50,696 nt of DNA. Source: an uncultured Erysipelotrichales bacterium. GTDB taxonomy: Bacteria; Bacillota_I; Bacilli_A; Erysipelotrichales; CAZWEF01. A model generated the notes under the pieces. That model did not search any database. It saw only the letters and a program-made list of their open reading frames with translations, and was not told the origin of the DNA. The DNA lies in the NCBI GenBank assembly GCA_964632125.1, contig CAZWEF010000004.1, positions 1-50,696 on the forward strand, in the 5' to 3' direction. Shown piece after piece: positions 26,372-36,511 of this stretch; position 1 is the first letter of the stretch, and every line of letters starts with the position of its first letter. Both the position numbers and the translations under genes were made by a program.

Positions 26372-28306
26372 ATGAACATAAAAGATGTATTAAAGCCACA
26401 ATTTATTTTATTTGATGAGCATTTTGAAACAAAAGAAGAGGCCATTAAAGCAATGATCGCATTGCTAGCAAAAGAAGGGGTTGTCACAGACGCGACAGCA
26501 TTTGAACAAGCTGTTTACGCAAGAGAACAGCAATCACCAACGGGATTAGAAAATGGGTTAGCCATTCCTCATGGTCAAGATGCAAGTGTACTTGAACCCA
26601 CTGTTGTTTTTGCTAGACTCAAAAAACCAATCAAAGATTGGGAAAGCATTGATCCAAATAATCAAGTAGATATGATATTTATGATTGCCATTCCAAAAAC
26701 AAATGAAGACAATATTCATTTACAAGTATTGTCTCAATTAAGTCGTGCACTTGGCAGTAAAAAAGAAGTTGAACGTTTACGAACTGTGAATGCGTATGAA
26801 ACATTTGTTTCATTCTTTAACCAAGAAAAGGAAGTCACTTCAACAAAAGAAAGTAGAGGTTATCTATTAGCTGTAACAGCTTGTTCAACTGGTATTGCGC
26901 ATACTTACATGGCTGCAACTAGTTTAGAAGAAGCCGCCAATGAACTTGGCTATAGCATTAAAGTAGAGAAACAAGGTGCAAGTGGTATTGAAGATCGTAT
27001 TACAAAAGAGGATGTTCAAAAAGCAGAAGGTGTTATTTTTGCAGTAGATGTTGCAGTGAAAGAAAAAGAGCGATTTAATGGATTAAAGGTTGTTCAAGTT
27101 AAAGTTGCTGAACCACTGCATGATGCTAAAAAAGTCATTCAACAATTGATTTCGAGTAAACAAATTGTCAATGAAGCTGTTACACTAGAAGACTCAGTAT
27201 CACAAAAAGGACGATTCTATCAAGCTTTAATGAACGGTATCTCATACATGATTCCAGTTCTAGTTGCGGGTGGACTTTTAGTTGGTATTGCAAAGCTTAT
27301 CGCAATGGGATTTGGTGTGACACAAATCATTATTTCAGCTGACTTAATGGCTCAACAAACAAGTCGATGGATGTGGTTGTTGTACCATATGGATAAATTT
27401 GGCAGTTTATTATTGACCTATATCTATCCAATCTTTGGTATGTTTGCAGCGTATTCAATCGCTGATCGACCAGGATTAGTTCCGGGATTTGCTGCTGGTA
27501 TGTTGGCTGGCGGTCTTCATATTGGGCCACTAGGATTAAAAGGGGCTGTACCATCAGGATTCATAGGCGCCATCATTTTAGCATTCCTTGCTGGTTTTGT
27601 CGCAGATTGGATCAACAAAAATTTAAAAGTTTCTAAAAATCTTTCGGCGATTAAACCGATGTTAATTATTCCAGGTGTCACTTTATTGATTGTTTTTCTT
27701 GCAAGCTACTTCTTTGTCGAACCAGTGTTTGGATGGGTAAACTTTCAAATGCAAGAATTCATTCGTCGTTCACAAGATGTTGGAAAATATGGATTATCTG
27801 CTTTAATTGCAGGGTTAACAGCATTTGACTTAGGGGGACCTATCAACAAAGCTGCTGGGGCTGTCGCAATTCCACTTGCTGCAGAAGGTGTTTTCCCATT
27901 AACGCCACGTGTGCTTGCCATAGTGATTCCGCCAATTGGATTAGGGCTTGCTACTGTTATTGATCGCTTTGTTGTTCGTCGTCGTGTTTTCTCGGATGAA
28001 CTAAGAGTAACGGGCAGTACATCACTTGTACTTGGCTTTATTGCAGTGAGTGAAGGTGCAATCCCATTCATGTTAAAAAATCCATTGATTACAATCCCAA
28101 TCAATATTATCGGTGCGATACTTGGTTCTTGGACAGCCATTTATTTTGGTGCTGTTCAGTGGTTACCATTACCTGCTATATGGGGTTGGCCACTCGCAAC
28201 CAATGTTGGTGCATATGTGTTAGGCGTTGTTGTAGGCGTATTATTTATTGCTTTTGCAAATATTTTTGTACGCTACATGATCATAAAAAAACAAGAGGCA
28301 CGTTAG
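26372..28306 (+). CDS. PTS fructose-family EIIABC (MngA-like)
   Basis: AIPHG EIIA His, TACSTGIAHTYMAA EIIB Cys, DLGGPINK and EGAIPF EIIC motifs. Confidence 0.92.
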   Translation: MNIKDVLKPQFILFDEHFETKEEAIKAMIALLAKEGVVTDATAFEQAVYAREQQSPTGLENGLAIPHGQDASVLEPTVVFARLKKPIKDWESIDPNNQVDMIFMIAIPKTNEDNIHLQVLSQLSRALGSKKEVERLRTVNAYETFVSFFNQEKEVTSTKESRGYLLAVTACSTGIAHTYMAATSLEEAANELGYSIKVEKQGASGIEDRITKEDVQKAEGVIFAVDVAVKEKERFNGLKVVQVKVAEPLHDAKKVIQQLISSKQIVNEAVTLEDSVSQKGRFYQALMNGISYMIPVLVAGGLLVGIAKLIAMGFGVTQIIISADLMAQQTSRWMWLLYHMDKFGSLLLTYIYPIFGMFAAYSIADRPGLVPGFAAGMLAGGLHIGPLGLKGAVPSGFIGAIILAFLAGFVADWINKNLKVSKNLSAIKPMLIIPGVTLLIVFLASYFFVEPVFGWVNFQMQEFIRRSQDVGKYGLSALIAGLTAFDLGGPINKAAGAVAIPLAAEGVFPLTPRVLAIVIPPIGLGLATVIDRFVVRRRVFSDELRVTGSTSLVLGFIAVSEGAIPFMLKNPLITIPINIIGAILGSWTAIYFGAVQWLPLPAIWGWPLATNVGAYVLGVVVGVLFIAFANIFVRYMIIKKQEAR

Positions 28307-28334
28307 TGCTTCTTCATCATGAAAAGGAGGACCT

Positions 28335-30920
28335 ATGAAACGAATTGTCCACGTTATACCCCATACGCATTGGGATCGTGAATGGTATTTTAATTTGATT
28401 GATTCAAATATTATTCTTGATCAAAATCTAACTGCCTTAATTACTTATTTAAATGAATCAAAACAAAATGGTCCTTTCTTATTTGATGGACAGACATCTG
28501 TCATTCATGATTATTTGATGATACGACCTGAACAAAAGCAAAATCTTATGCAATTGATTCAAGAAGGCCGTTTATTGGTTGGACCATGGGTTACGCAATG
28601 TGATACAAGATTAATTAGCCAAGAATCAGTCATTCGTAATCTTAAAATAGGGATTAAGGAGGCCAATCAATTTGGTAAATGTTTTCAAGTTGGCTATGTA
28701 CCAGATGCTTTTGGACAAAACAGTTATTTACCTTCCATTTTCAAACAATTTCAACTTCGATATGCTGTGATCCAAAGAGGTATTGCAAACAATCAACTTA
28801 CAAGCCAAGATTTAAATATGAATTGGGAATCACCTGATGGACAAAGAATAATGACCCATTATCTTTATTTTGGATATGGACCAGGTAAGTTTTTATCTTC
28901 AAACAAAACATATGTAGAGAACCATCTTACCCCAATACTAGAACAATTGTCTTTGCTCAACCAACATACCAAACACTTGGCATTACCTGCTGGAGGGGAT
29001 CAAGTTTTATATCGTGAACACTTACCTAAAGTTATTGAACAACTCAATCAACAAGCATCCAGTTATCATTTCGTGATGTCTAACTATGAAGACATGTTAC
29101 ATCAAATTGAATGTGCGTTAGAAAAACCATTGACCACCATTAAAGGTGAATTGATGCACTGCCAAAAATCAAGGATTCATCGCACTATAGCCTCTACTCG
29201 CTATGACATTAAACAACTCAATAGTATGGTTGAACATCGCATCCTGTACCAACTAGAACCATTAATGGTTTATGCACATTCAAAAGGAATTCATGCTTTT
29301 AATGAAACCATCATGACTCAAATGTGGCGCAAATTATTTGATGTTCATGCACATGACAGTATCTCAGGATGTAACAGTGATCGCACCAATCAAATGATTA
29401 TCAATCGATTAATGGATGTTTTAGACCAAGTCGACGGGATGATCAATGTTTTAATGCGTTATCTAACACAATCATTAGAAGATGGTCAAATATTGATTTT
29501 TAATCCATTACTTAGATCAATCAATCAACCAATTGAAGTTGAAGTAGACACCAACTTGAGTGCATTTGAACTCTTTGATCAAGAAGGTAATCAAATATCA
29601 TTTACAATGCTTGATAATCAAATCATTGATGGTGGTACAAAAGTAATGGCCACAGCAAAAGGAGAGGTCCTAGATTCATTGCCACCATATCACCATGTTA
29701 AACTTTTACTTCATGATGTCAATCTAGATGCTTTTTCTCATAAAATCATTCATTTAACAAAACATGATGCTTATATATTACCAAAACAAGTGACTGTTGT
29801 TGAAAACATTGCTTATCAAGTATTTGTAGAAGACCATCAATTGTATCTTTTTGATAAAAAAAGCCAACGTAAACAATTATTTCTTTCAATTGTTGATGAT
29901 GCAGATCAAGGGGATACATATGATTTTGCTTATGTTGAAGGGGACAAACGAATTAAAGCAGAGATTGATATGAATTCTATTAAGATGACATCAACACAAT
30001 CATCTCAACAAATGGTTTTTGATTATGTCATGACATTACCAGAAGACTTGCAGCAAAGAAAACAATCATTGAACAATGTCTTACATCGAATTAAAACAAT
30101 CGTCACATTACAACTTGATGGCGCGATTTGGATCACACATCATATGACCAATCATGTTAAAGAACATCGCGTTCGTACGCTTTTACATATAAAAGGCAAT
30201 GTATGGGCAAAACAAGCGTTTGGGATGATTCAACGTGACCATGAGCCGGTTGATTGGAAAAAGGAAGGCTATGTTGAACAACCATTACCAGTTGATGTCA
30301 TGGACCAAATGATTCACATAACTGGAGACGAAGATATGTATGTCTTATCACAACAAATGAAAGAATATGAAGTGGTTGATGATGGTGTTGAATTGACCTT
30401 ATTTAGGAGTGTTCCGTTTTTAGGTAAAGACAATTTAACGACAAGACCAGGTCGTGCATCAGGGATTAATAATACAGTAGTTGAAACACCTGATGCGTTA
30501 TTATTAAAACCAATGACATTTACGTACGCAGTGACGCCAAATGCTGATTGGCAAGCTGATTATCATCATTTGTATCAAACTGTATTAAGTTATCAAAAAC
30601 AACAATACAATTTACTTAATCAACGATTGGATCGCTTTGAATTGCCATGCATGACAAACATTCATATGCCTTTAGGCATTGCATGTCATCCATCTTTGTA
30701 CCAAAGTAGTTTCTCAATTCAAGGTAATGACTATGTTTTGAGATTGGCTAACTTGACGCAAGAGGCACTTCCAATTGATTTAACGCTAGATCATGATTTT
30801 GAAGCGATTCCTGTATTATTAGATGAAACAACCATTCAACCTGTTGTTTTAAAACTTGAACCAAATCAATATGCAACATGGTTGATCAAAAGGAGAACAC
30901 ATGAAAAGACAAGTAATTGA
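28335..30920 (+). CDS. GH38 alpha-mannosidase (MngB-like)
   Basis: HTHWDREWY, VPDAFG nucleophile, AHDSISGC. Confidence 0.92.
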   Translation: MKRIVHVIPHTHWDREWYFNLIDSNIILDQNLTALITYLNESKQNGPFLFDGQTSVIHDYLMIRPEQKQNLMQLIQEGRLLVGPWVTQCDTRLISQESVIRNLKIGIKEANQFGKCFQVGYVPDAFGQNSYLPSIFKQFQLRYAVIQRGIANNQLTSQDLNMNWESPDGQRIMTHYLYFGYGPGKFLSSNKTYVENHLTPILEQLSLLNQHTKHLALPAGGDQVLYREHLPKVIEQLNQQASSYHFVMSNYEDMLHQIECALEKPLTTIKGELMHCQKSRIHRTIASTRYDIKQLNSMVEHRILYQLEPLMVYAHSKGIHAFNETIMTQMWRKLFDVHAHDSISGCNSDRTNQMIINRLMDVLDQVDGMINVLMRYLTQSLEDGQILIFNPLLRSINQPIEVEVDTNLSAFELFDQEGNQISFTMLDNQIIDGGTKVMATAKGEVLDSLPPYHHVKLLLHDVNLDAFSHKIIHLTKHDAYILPKQVTVVENIAYQVFVEDHQLYLFDKKSQRKQLFLSIVDDADQGDTYDFAYVEGDKRIKAEIDMNSIKMTSTQSSQQMVFDYVMTLPEDLQQRKQSLNNVLHRIKTIVTLQLDGAIWITHHMTNHVKEHRVRTLLHIKGNVWAKQAFGMIQRDHEPVDWKKEGYVEQPLPVDVMDQMIHITGDEDMYVLSQQMKEYEVVDDGVELTLFRSVPFLGKDNLTTRPGRASGINNTVVETPDALLLKPMTFTYAVTPNADWQADYHHLYQTVLSYQKQQYNLLNQRLDRFELPCMTNIHMPLGIACHPSLYQSSFSIQGNDYVLRLANLTQEALPIDLTLDHDFEAIPVLLDETTIQPVVLKLEPNQYATWLIKRRTHEKTSN

Positions 30921-32508
30921 AATGCTTTGTGCTTTATACCCACATGAAGACCAGTCAAACATTGAAGCAAGACTTCATGCATTAATGCTAAAATATGTTG
31001 ATATTAAAAAAAGCGAACCTTTAACCTATCAAAATACGTATTTAATTACTTATGGTGATGGTATTTATGAAGCAAAAAAGAAAACGTTTCAAACATTACA
31101 TCGCTTTTTAAAAGAACATGTAGGAACCCTTATAAGGGATGTTCATATTTTACCAATGTTTCCATACACATCAGATGATGGATTTTCTGTGCTTGATTAT
31201 CGACAAATAAACCCTAAATTTGGAACATTTGAAGACTTACAAATGATGGCAAAAGATTACCGACTTATGTACGACTTTGTTGCCAATCACATGTCAAGTC
31301 AAAGTAAGTGGTTCAAAGACTATTTAAATGATGTTGCACCATATAAAGATTATTTTGTTACTTATGATCCAAACTTTGACACCTCGATGGTCGTTCGTCC
31401 AAGAACAAGTCCTTTGTTTCATGACTATCCAAGTGCACATGGAACTAAAAAAGCATGGACAACATTCTCAGAAGATCAGGTGGATTTAAATATCCAGTCC
31501 TTTGATGTATTTCTTGAATTAACTGATATTTTGTTGTTTTATTTAGAAAAAGGAGCAACCAGTATTCGTTTAGATGCAATTGGCTTCCTGTGGAAAAAAT
31601 CTCATACCTCATGCATCCATTTACCTGAAACACATGAAATCATTCAAATTTGGCGAACTATTCTAAGCGATCTCAACCCACATGCCCAAATTATCACTGA
31701 AACAAACGTTCCTCATGAAGAAAACATTAGCTATTTTGGTAATGGAGACAATGAAGCGAACATGGTTTATCAATTTACTTTACCACCATTGATGTTACAC
31801 ACATTTATCAGCAAAGATGCGACTAAATTAGCTCAGTGGGCAGCAACAATTGAAGTCCCTTCAAACACTGCAACATATTTTAACTTTCTTGCGAGTCATG
31901 ATGGGATTGGGATGCGACCTGTTGAAGGCATTCTAGATGAAGCAGAAGTACAAGCAATCATGCAACATGTTTTGGATAAACAAGGACGTATTTCCTATAA
32001 ACAAAACGTTGATGGCTCAACATCACCTTATGAACTCAACATCAACTATTGTGATGCTTTAGACTGTGATGATAGCTATCAACTTCAGCGTATGATTTTA
32101 GCGTATGCCTTTATGATGTCATTGGTTGGTGTTCCAGCTATTTATTATCATAGCTTACTTGGGTCTTCAAATGATGTAGCAGGTATGATATCAAGTGGCA
32201 TTAATCGTCGGATTAATCGTGAAAAGCTTGAATACGATACTTTAGTAAGAGAATTGGAAACAAATGAGCGTCGTCATTTCATTTTTACACAAATGAAACA
32301 ACTGTTAAAGCAAAGACAAGATGAGCCACTCTTCAATCCTTTTAATGCTCAGTCTGTACAACTTCTAGAGCGACATGTTGTGGTTGTTACACGTTACGAC
32401 AGGACACATAAGATTGATTGTTACTTCAATTTCAATGATGAAGTAGGTCAAATAGGAGAACTGACACTAGAACCATTTGGTTATTTGTTTGTCAAGTCAG
32501 CATTATAG
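30901..32508 (+). CDS. GH13_18 sugar phosphorylase, glucosylglycerate-phosphorylase-like
   Basis: SSDDGF-type SDDGF, NHMS, RLDA, ITETNVPH, NFLASHDGIG, PYELN. Confidence 0.88.
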   Translation: MKRQVIEMLCALYPHEDQSNIEARLHALMLKYVDIKKSEPLTYQNTYLITYGDGIYEAKKKTFQTLHRFLKEHVGTLIRDVHILPMFPYTSDDGFSVLDYRQINPKFGTFEDLQMMAKDYRLMYDFVANHMSSQSKWFKDYLNDVAPYKDYFVTYDPNFDTSMVVRPRTSPLFHDYPSAHGTKKAWTTFSEDQVDLNIQSFDVFLELTDILLFYLEKGATSIRLDAIGFLWKKSHTSCIHLPETHEIIQIWRTILSDLNPHAQIITETNVPHEENISYFGNGDNEANMVYQFTLPPLMLHTFISKDATKLAQWAATIEVPSNTATYFNFLASHDGIGMRPVEGILDEAEVQAIMQHVLDKQGRISYKQNVDGSTSPYELNINYCDALDCDDSYQLQRMILAYAFMMSLVGVPAIYYHSLLGSSNDVAGMISSGINRRINREKLEYDTLVRELETNERRHFIFTQMKQLLKQRQDEPLFNPFNAQSVQLLERHVVVVTRYDRTHKIDCYFNFNDEVGQIGELTLEPFGYLFVKSAL

Positions 32509-32530
32509 GCACACCCAAAGGTGTGCTTTT
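32509..32530 (+). terminator. Terminator of the PTS-GH38-GH13 operon
   Basis: GCACACC-CAAA-GGTGTGC plus T run. Confidence 0.8.
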
Positions 32531-32730
32531 ATATTTACTTTTTGGATTGCTACTAGATGATGGTCATATGTTTGAAGAAACATTAATAAACCTGTTTCAT
32601 TCATCTTTTATAATCAAAGGAATAAGTAATAAGGAAATCCATTTTATGAATAATTAATCGTTCTTTTTTCTTTTAAGGTAGTAACTGAATCACTTTTTTG
32701 ATAAAATATAGGATGAAAGTAGGGATTTAT

Positions 32731-33483
32731 ATGACACAAACAACCATCCTAGACCATGTTTTTCATTATCACATGAGTGGTGAAGGCCAAGATGTGATAT
32801 TGATGCATGGGTGGGGTCAAAATATTGATATGATGATGCCACTGCATCAACACTTACAAAAGACACATCGTGTCTGGACCATTGATTTTCCTGGATTTGG
32901 ACAAAGTGAAGCACCTAAAGTACCATATGATGTTGATGATTATGCAAGGTTCATTCATGAATTTGTGACTCAAATGAACATTCAATCACCAATACTCATG
33001 GGGCACTCATTTGGAGGTCGTGTTGCGATTGTTTATGCGAATATGTTTGAAACAAGTAAAGTTGTTTTGATGGACGCTGCAGGCATTCGTCCTAAACGTA
33101 CATGGGCATATTATACACGAGTCTATACATACAAGATAAGTAAACGACTTGTTTCATTGCCTTTTTTTAGACGTTACCAAAAGCATCTTATGAATAAAGC
33201 AGGTAGCCGCGATTATCGTGCATTAAGTGAAGAGATGAAAAAAACATTTGTTAAAGTTGTCAATCAAGATTTAACACCGCTCCTAAGTACCATGCATCAA
33301 CCGACCTTAATTATATGGGGAGCAAAAGATGAAGATACCCCACTTTGGATGGCACACACAATGGAGAAAATGATTCCTAATGCTGGCCTAATTGTGTTTG
33401 AACAAGCAGGGCATTATGCTTATTTAGAGTGTTTACCTCAAGTGCTTGCAGCGTTAGATGTGTTTTTAAGGGAGGAACAATAG
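32731..33483 (+). CDS. Alpha/beta-fold hydrolase (probable start ATG 32731)
   Basis: HGWG, DFPGFG, GHSFGG (Ser), WGAKD (Asp), AGH (His). Confidence 0.92.
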   Translation: MTQTTILDHVFHYHMSGEGQDVILMHGWGQNIDMMMPLHQHLQKTHRVWTIDFPGFGQSEAPKVPYDVDDYARFIHEFVTQMNIQSPILMGHSFGGRVAIVYANMFETSKVVLMDAAGIRPKRTWAYYTRVYTYKISKRLVSLPFFRRYQKHLMNKAGSRDYRALSEEMKKTFVKVVNQDLTPLLSTMHQPTLIIWGAKDEDTPLWMAHTMEKMIPNAGLIVFEQAGHYAYLECLPQVLAALDVFLREEQ

Positions 33484-35070
33484 ATGAATGGTTTACGTTT
33501 ATTCATGGTGTTGATTTATGTCACATCAATACTTATCTATTTATTTGTTCGTTATCAGTATACATTACAAATGGTACAACAAAACCGTTATGAAATACCT
33601 CGATTAAGACAATGGATGTCATCTTATCCAATCATTGATTGGATTGATCTTCAATTGCTTTGGTTGACAATGTTTGTTTGGGTGTTTATGATTTTAGACC
33701 AAGTTTATCTCTATCCATTTGTATTAATCGGTGTTGCATGGATGCTTTTTTTATCAATCGATGCATACAACAATCACAAACAAACGCATAGCATTAAGCC
33801 ACTTGTTGTCACCTCGCGCGTAAAAAGACAAATTGCTGTCCTTGTTTTAATCATTATTGTCCTTGTTTTAATCGTTTTGTTGCAACCTGTTTTATTACCA
33901 ATTCTGTGTTTGTTTGGCTTTAATTCTGGCTATGTGATGCAAGGCGTACTTTGGCTATTAGAACCTTTAGAAAAGACGTTTCGTCAACGTTACTTAAATG
34001 AAGCCAAGCAAAAGCTAAACAGTATGAATCAATTAATTAAAATTGGTATTACAGGTAGTTATGGTAAAACCTCTAGTAAAAATATTCTACATGAAATTTT
34101 ATCGAAAAAATACTATGCCTTAATGACACCTGCTTCATTTAATACACCAATGGGTATTACACGTACCATCCGTGAGTCGTTAAAACCAATTCATCAAGTA
34201 TTCATTGCTGAAATGGGAGCTGATAAAGTTGGTGAAATTAAAGAACTTATGAATTTTGTGCAACCAAGTATTGGGGTTCTTACTTCAATTGGGCCGCAAC
34301 ATTTAAATACTTTTAAATCAATTGAAAACATCATACATGAGAAATTTGAAGTGATTGAACAACTACCAGTAGATGGTGTTGGTATTTTGAATATGGATGA
34401 ACCTTATATTAAATCGTATCAAATTAAAAACACTTGTAAGATTATTACTTATGGCATAAAAGAATCAGCTATGTTTCAAGCTCTTAACATTTGTTATTCT
34501 AAAGAAGGCACATCGTTTGATGTTTTATTTGAGGAAAAAACCTATGCTTTTAAAACACGTCTTTTAGGGGAACACAATGTTTACAACATTTTAGCTGCAA
34601 TTGCTGTTGGTTATCATTTAGGTATTGATTTTGATGAATTAAAAGATGCAGTAAAACAAGTTAACTATATTGCACATCGTTTAGAACTAAAAAAACAAGG
34701 GAATCTTGTGATACTTGATAATGCCTTTAACTCTAATCCTGTGGGTTCTAAAATGAGTCTTGATGTATTAAAGCAGATGGATGGTTATCGGATTGTCATG
34801 ACACCTGGAATGATTGATCTTGGTGAGAAGCAAGATGAATACAATCGTTTGTTTGGTACTTATATGAAAGGTGCGGCTGATTTGATTATTCTTGTTGGAC
34901 AAAACCAAACAAAAGCCATTTATGAAGGCATAAAAAGTAGTGGTTATGACATGGATCAAGTCATTGTCGTGGATAAGGTTGTTGACGGGTTTTCACATGT
35001 TTATGGCTTAAAACGAGATGATGTTGTTTTACTCATTGAGAATGATTTACCAGATGCATTTAATCGTTAA
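33484..35070 (+). CDS. murF: MurF-type Mur ligase with N-terminal membrane helices
   Basis: GITGSYGKT, AEMGA, GPQHL, HRLE, DNAFNSNP; hydrophobic first ~160 aa. Confidence 0.85.
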   Translation: MNGLRLFMVLIYVTSILIYLFVRYQYTLQMVQQNRYEIPRLRQWMSSYPIIDWIDLQLLWLTMFVWVFMILDQVYLYPFVLIGVAWMLFLSIDAYNNHKQTHSIKPLVVTSRVKRQIAVLVLIIIVLVLIVLLQPVLLPILCLFGFNSGYVMQGVLWLLEPLEKTFRQRYLNEAKQKLNSMNQLIKIGITGSYGKTSSKNILHEILSKKYYALMTPASFNTPMGITRTIRESLKPIHQVFIAEMGADKVGEIKELMNFVQPSIGVLTSIGPQHLNTFKSIENIIHEKFEVIEQLPVDGVGILNMDEPYIKSYQIKNTCKIITYGIKESAMFQALNICYSKEGTSFDVLFEEKTYAFKTRLLGEHNVYNILAAIAVGYHLGIDFDELKDAVKQVNYIAHRLELKKQGNLVILDNAFNSNPVGSKMSLDVLKQMDGYRIVMTPGMIDLGEKQDEYNRLFGTYMKGAADLIILVGQNQTKAIYEGIKSSGYDMDQVIVVDKVVDGFSHVYGLKRDDVVLLIENDLPDAFNR

Positions 35071-35081
35071 TGCATCTTTTT
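35052..35081 (+). terminator. Terminator embedded in the murF 3' end
   Basis: AGATGCATT-N8-AATGCATCT plus T run. Confidence 0.65.
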
Positions 35082-35202
35082 ATTTATAGTATTTATAAAT
35101 AATAAATATATATAATTATTTCATATTATATTATTTCATATAAATATACGGGAAATAGATAACTATTTTGATTTTGAAATATTAAAAGTGTATAAAAGGG
35201 GC

Positions 35203-35230
35203 TTGAAATATTCCAATAGAGGGGTATAAT
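35203..35230 (+). promoter_or_regulatory. Rubrerythrin promoter
   Basis: TTGAAA-16 bp-TATAAT. Confidence 0.7.
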
Positions 35231-35251
35231 CTAATTAAGGAGGGATTTACA

Positions 35252-35836
35252 ATGACATTTAAAACATCAAAAACAGCTCAGAATTTAATGAATGCATTTG
35301 CAGGAGAATCACAAGCACGTAATCGTTACACATTTTATGCGAGTCGTGCTAAAAAAGAAGGTTTTTTAGAAATTGCAGATATTTTCTTAGCAACAGCAGC
35401 AAATGAAAAAGAACATGCTGGTATTTTCTTTAAACACCTTGTTAGTCATGGATTTGAAGATGAGATGATGACTGTTCAAGCCATGTATCCAGTAGCATTG
35501 TCTGGTTCAACCGTTGATAACCTAGTTTCTGCAGCTAATGGTGAACAAGAAGAATGGGAAGTCTTGTATCCTAAATTTGCAGAAGAAGCAAGAGAAGAAG
35601 GTTATGCTGATGTCGCACGTTCATTTAGTATGATTGCTGATATCGAAAAACGCCATGAACAACGTTACCGTGAAATCCATGAGATGTTGGTTGCAGGTAA
35701 ATGGTTTAAACGTGATGAGGAAATTGTTTGGGAATGTGCAGAGTGTGGACATGTACACATTGGTAAGATGGCACCAACTATTTGTCCTGTGTGCACACAC
35801 GAACAATCATATTTTAGAAAACACAAAGATTTTTAA
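35252..35836 (+). CDS. rbr: Rubrerythrin
   Basis: AFAGESQARNRY, EKEHA, EKRHE, C-terminal rubredoxin CAECG...CPVC. Confidence 0.96.
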   Translation: MTFKTSKTAQNLMNAFAGESQARNRYTFYASRAKKEGFLEIADIFLATAANEKEHAGIFFKHLVSHGFEDEMMTVQAMYPVALSGSTVDNLVSAANGEQEEWEVLYPKFAEEAREEGYADVARSFSMIADIEKRHEQRYREIHEMLVAGKWFKRDEEIVWECAECGHVHIGKMAPTICPVCTHEQSYFRKHKDF

Positions 35837-35855
35837 AGTGCTTCGGCACTTTTTT
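35835..35855 (+). terminator. rbr terminator
   Basis: AAAGTGC-TTCG-GCACTTT plus T run. Confidence 0.85.
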
Positions 35856-35901
35856 ATTTTCTCTTTGATAAATCATGATATAATATTCTTGAGGTGAAAC
35901 C

Positions 35902-36501
35902 ATGAACTTTGATGATTATTTAATTAAACTACAATCAATTGCTAAAATAGGACTTAAGTATTCAACTGACCCATATGCTATTGAAAACTATTTAGAGGTA
36001 GAAAGCTTATCTAAAGAAATGATGGAAAAGTATTTCAATCAAACCATTGATCGTCCAAATTACTTTATTAAAGATGTTTACCCAACCCCCAACATTAGTG
36101 TTCGAGTTGTTATTTTAAATGAACTAAACCAAGTTTTAATGGTACAAGAAGCCATGGATGGTGGGTGGTCTTTACCAGGTGGATGGTGTGATATTGGTGA
36201 AACTGCAAGTGAAGCAGGGATTAAAGAAGTGCTCCAGGAAACTGGATATGAAGTTGAAATTGAGCGCCTTTTAGGTCTTATTTGTTACAGTAAACATCGT
36301 AACACAACACATACTTTTGGCTATACAAGCGCATTTAAAGCCCGCATTATTGGAGGGAAAGAAGAACCATGTCATGAAGTGCTTCAAGTTAAGTACTTTG
36401 ACTTAGATAAAATCCCTCCATTATCATTTAAAATAACCGCAAGTGAATTTAATGCGATTATGGATGTTGCCATCCATGATTTGCCAGCTATTTTTGATTA
36501 G
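35902..36501 (+). CDS. NUDIX hydrolase with N-terminal helical domain (ADP-ribose pyrophosphatase-like)
   Basis: LQSIAKIGLKYSTDPY, YPTP, LPGGW.DIGET....IKEVLQETG. Confidence 0.88.
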   Translation: MNFDDYLIKLQSIAKIGLKYSTDPYAIENYLEVESLSKEMMEKYFNQTIDRPNYFIKDVYPTPNISVRVVILNELNQVLMVQEAMDGGWSLPGGWCDIGETASEAGIKEVLQETGYEVEIERLLGLICYSKHRNTTHTFGYTSAFKARIIGGKEEPCHEVLQVKYFDLDKIPPLSFKITASEFNAIMDVAIHDLPAIFD

Positions 36502-36511
36502 GAGAAAAGAC

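Noticed and set aside
32531-32730. Possible riboswitch (c-di-AMP-like CTGAATC) or small ORFs upstream of the hydrolase
   Set aside because: The remaining conserved aptamer elements are absent, and the 29-33-codon ORFs lack an SD
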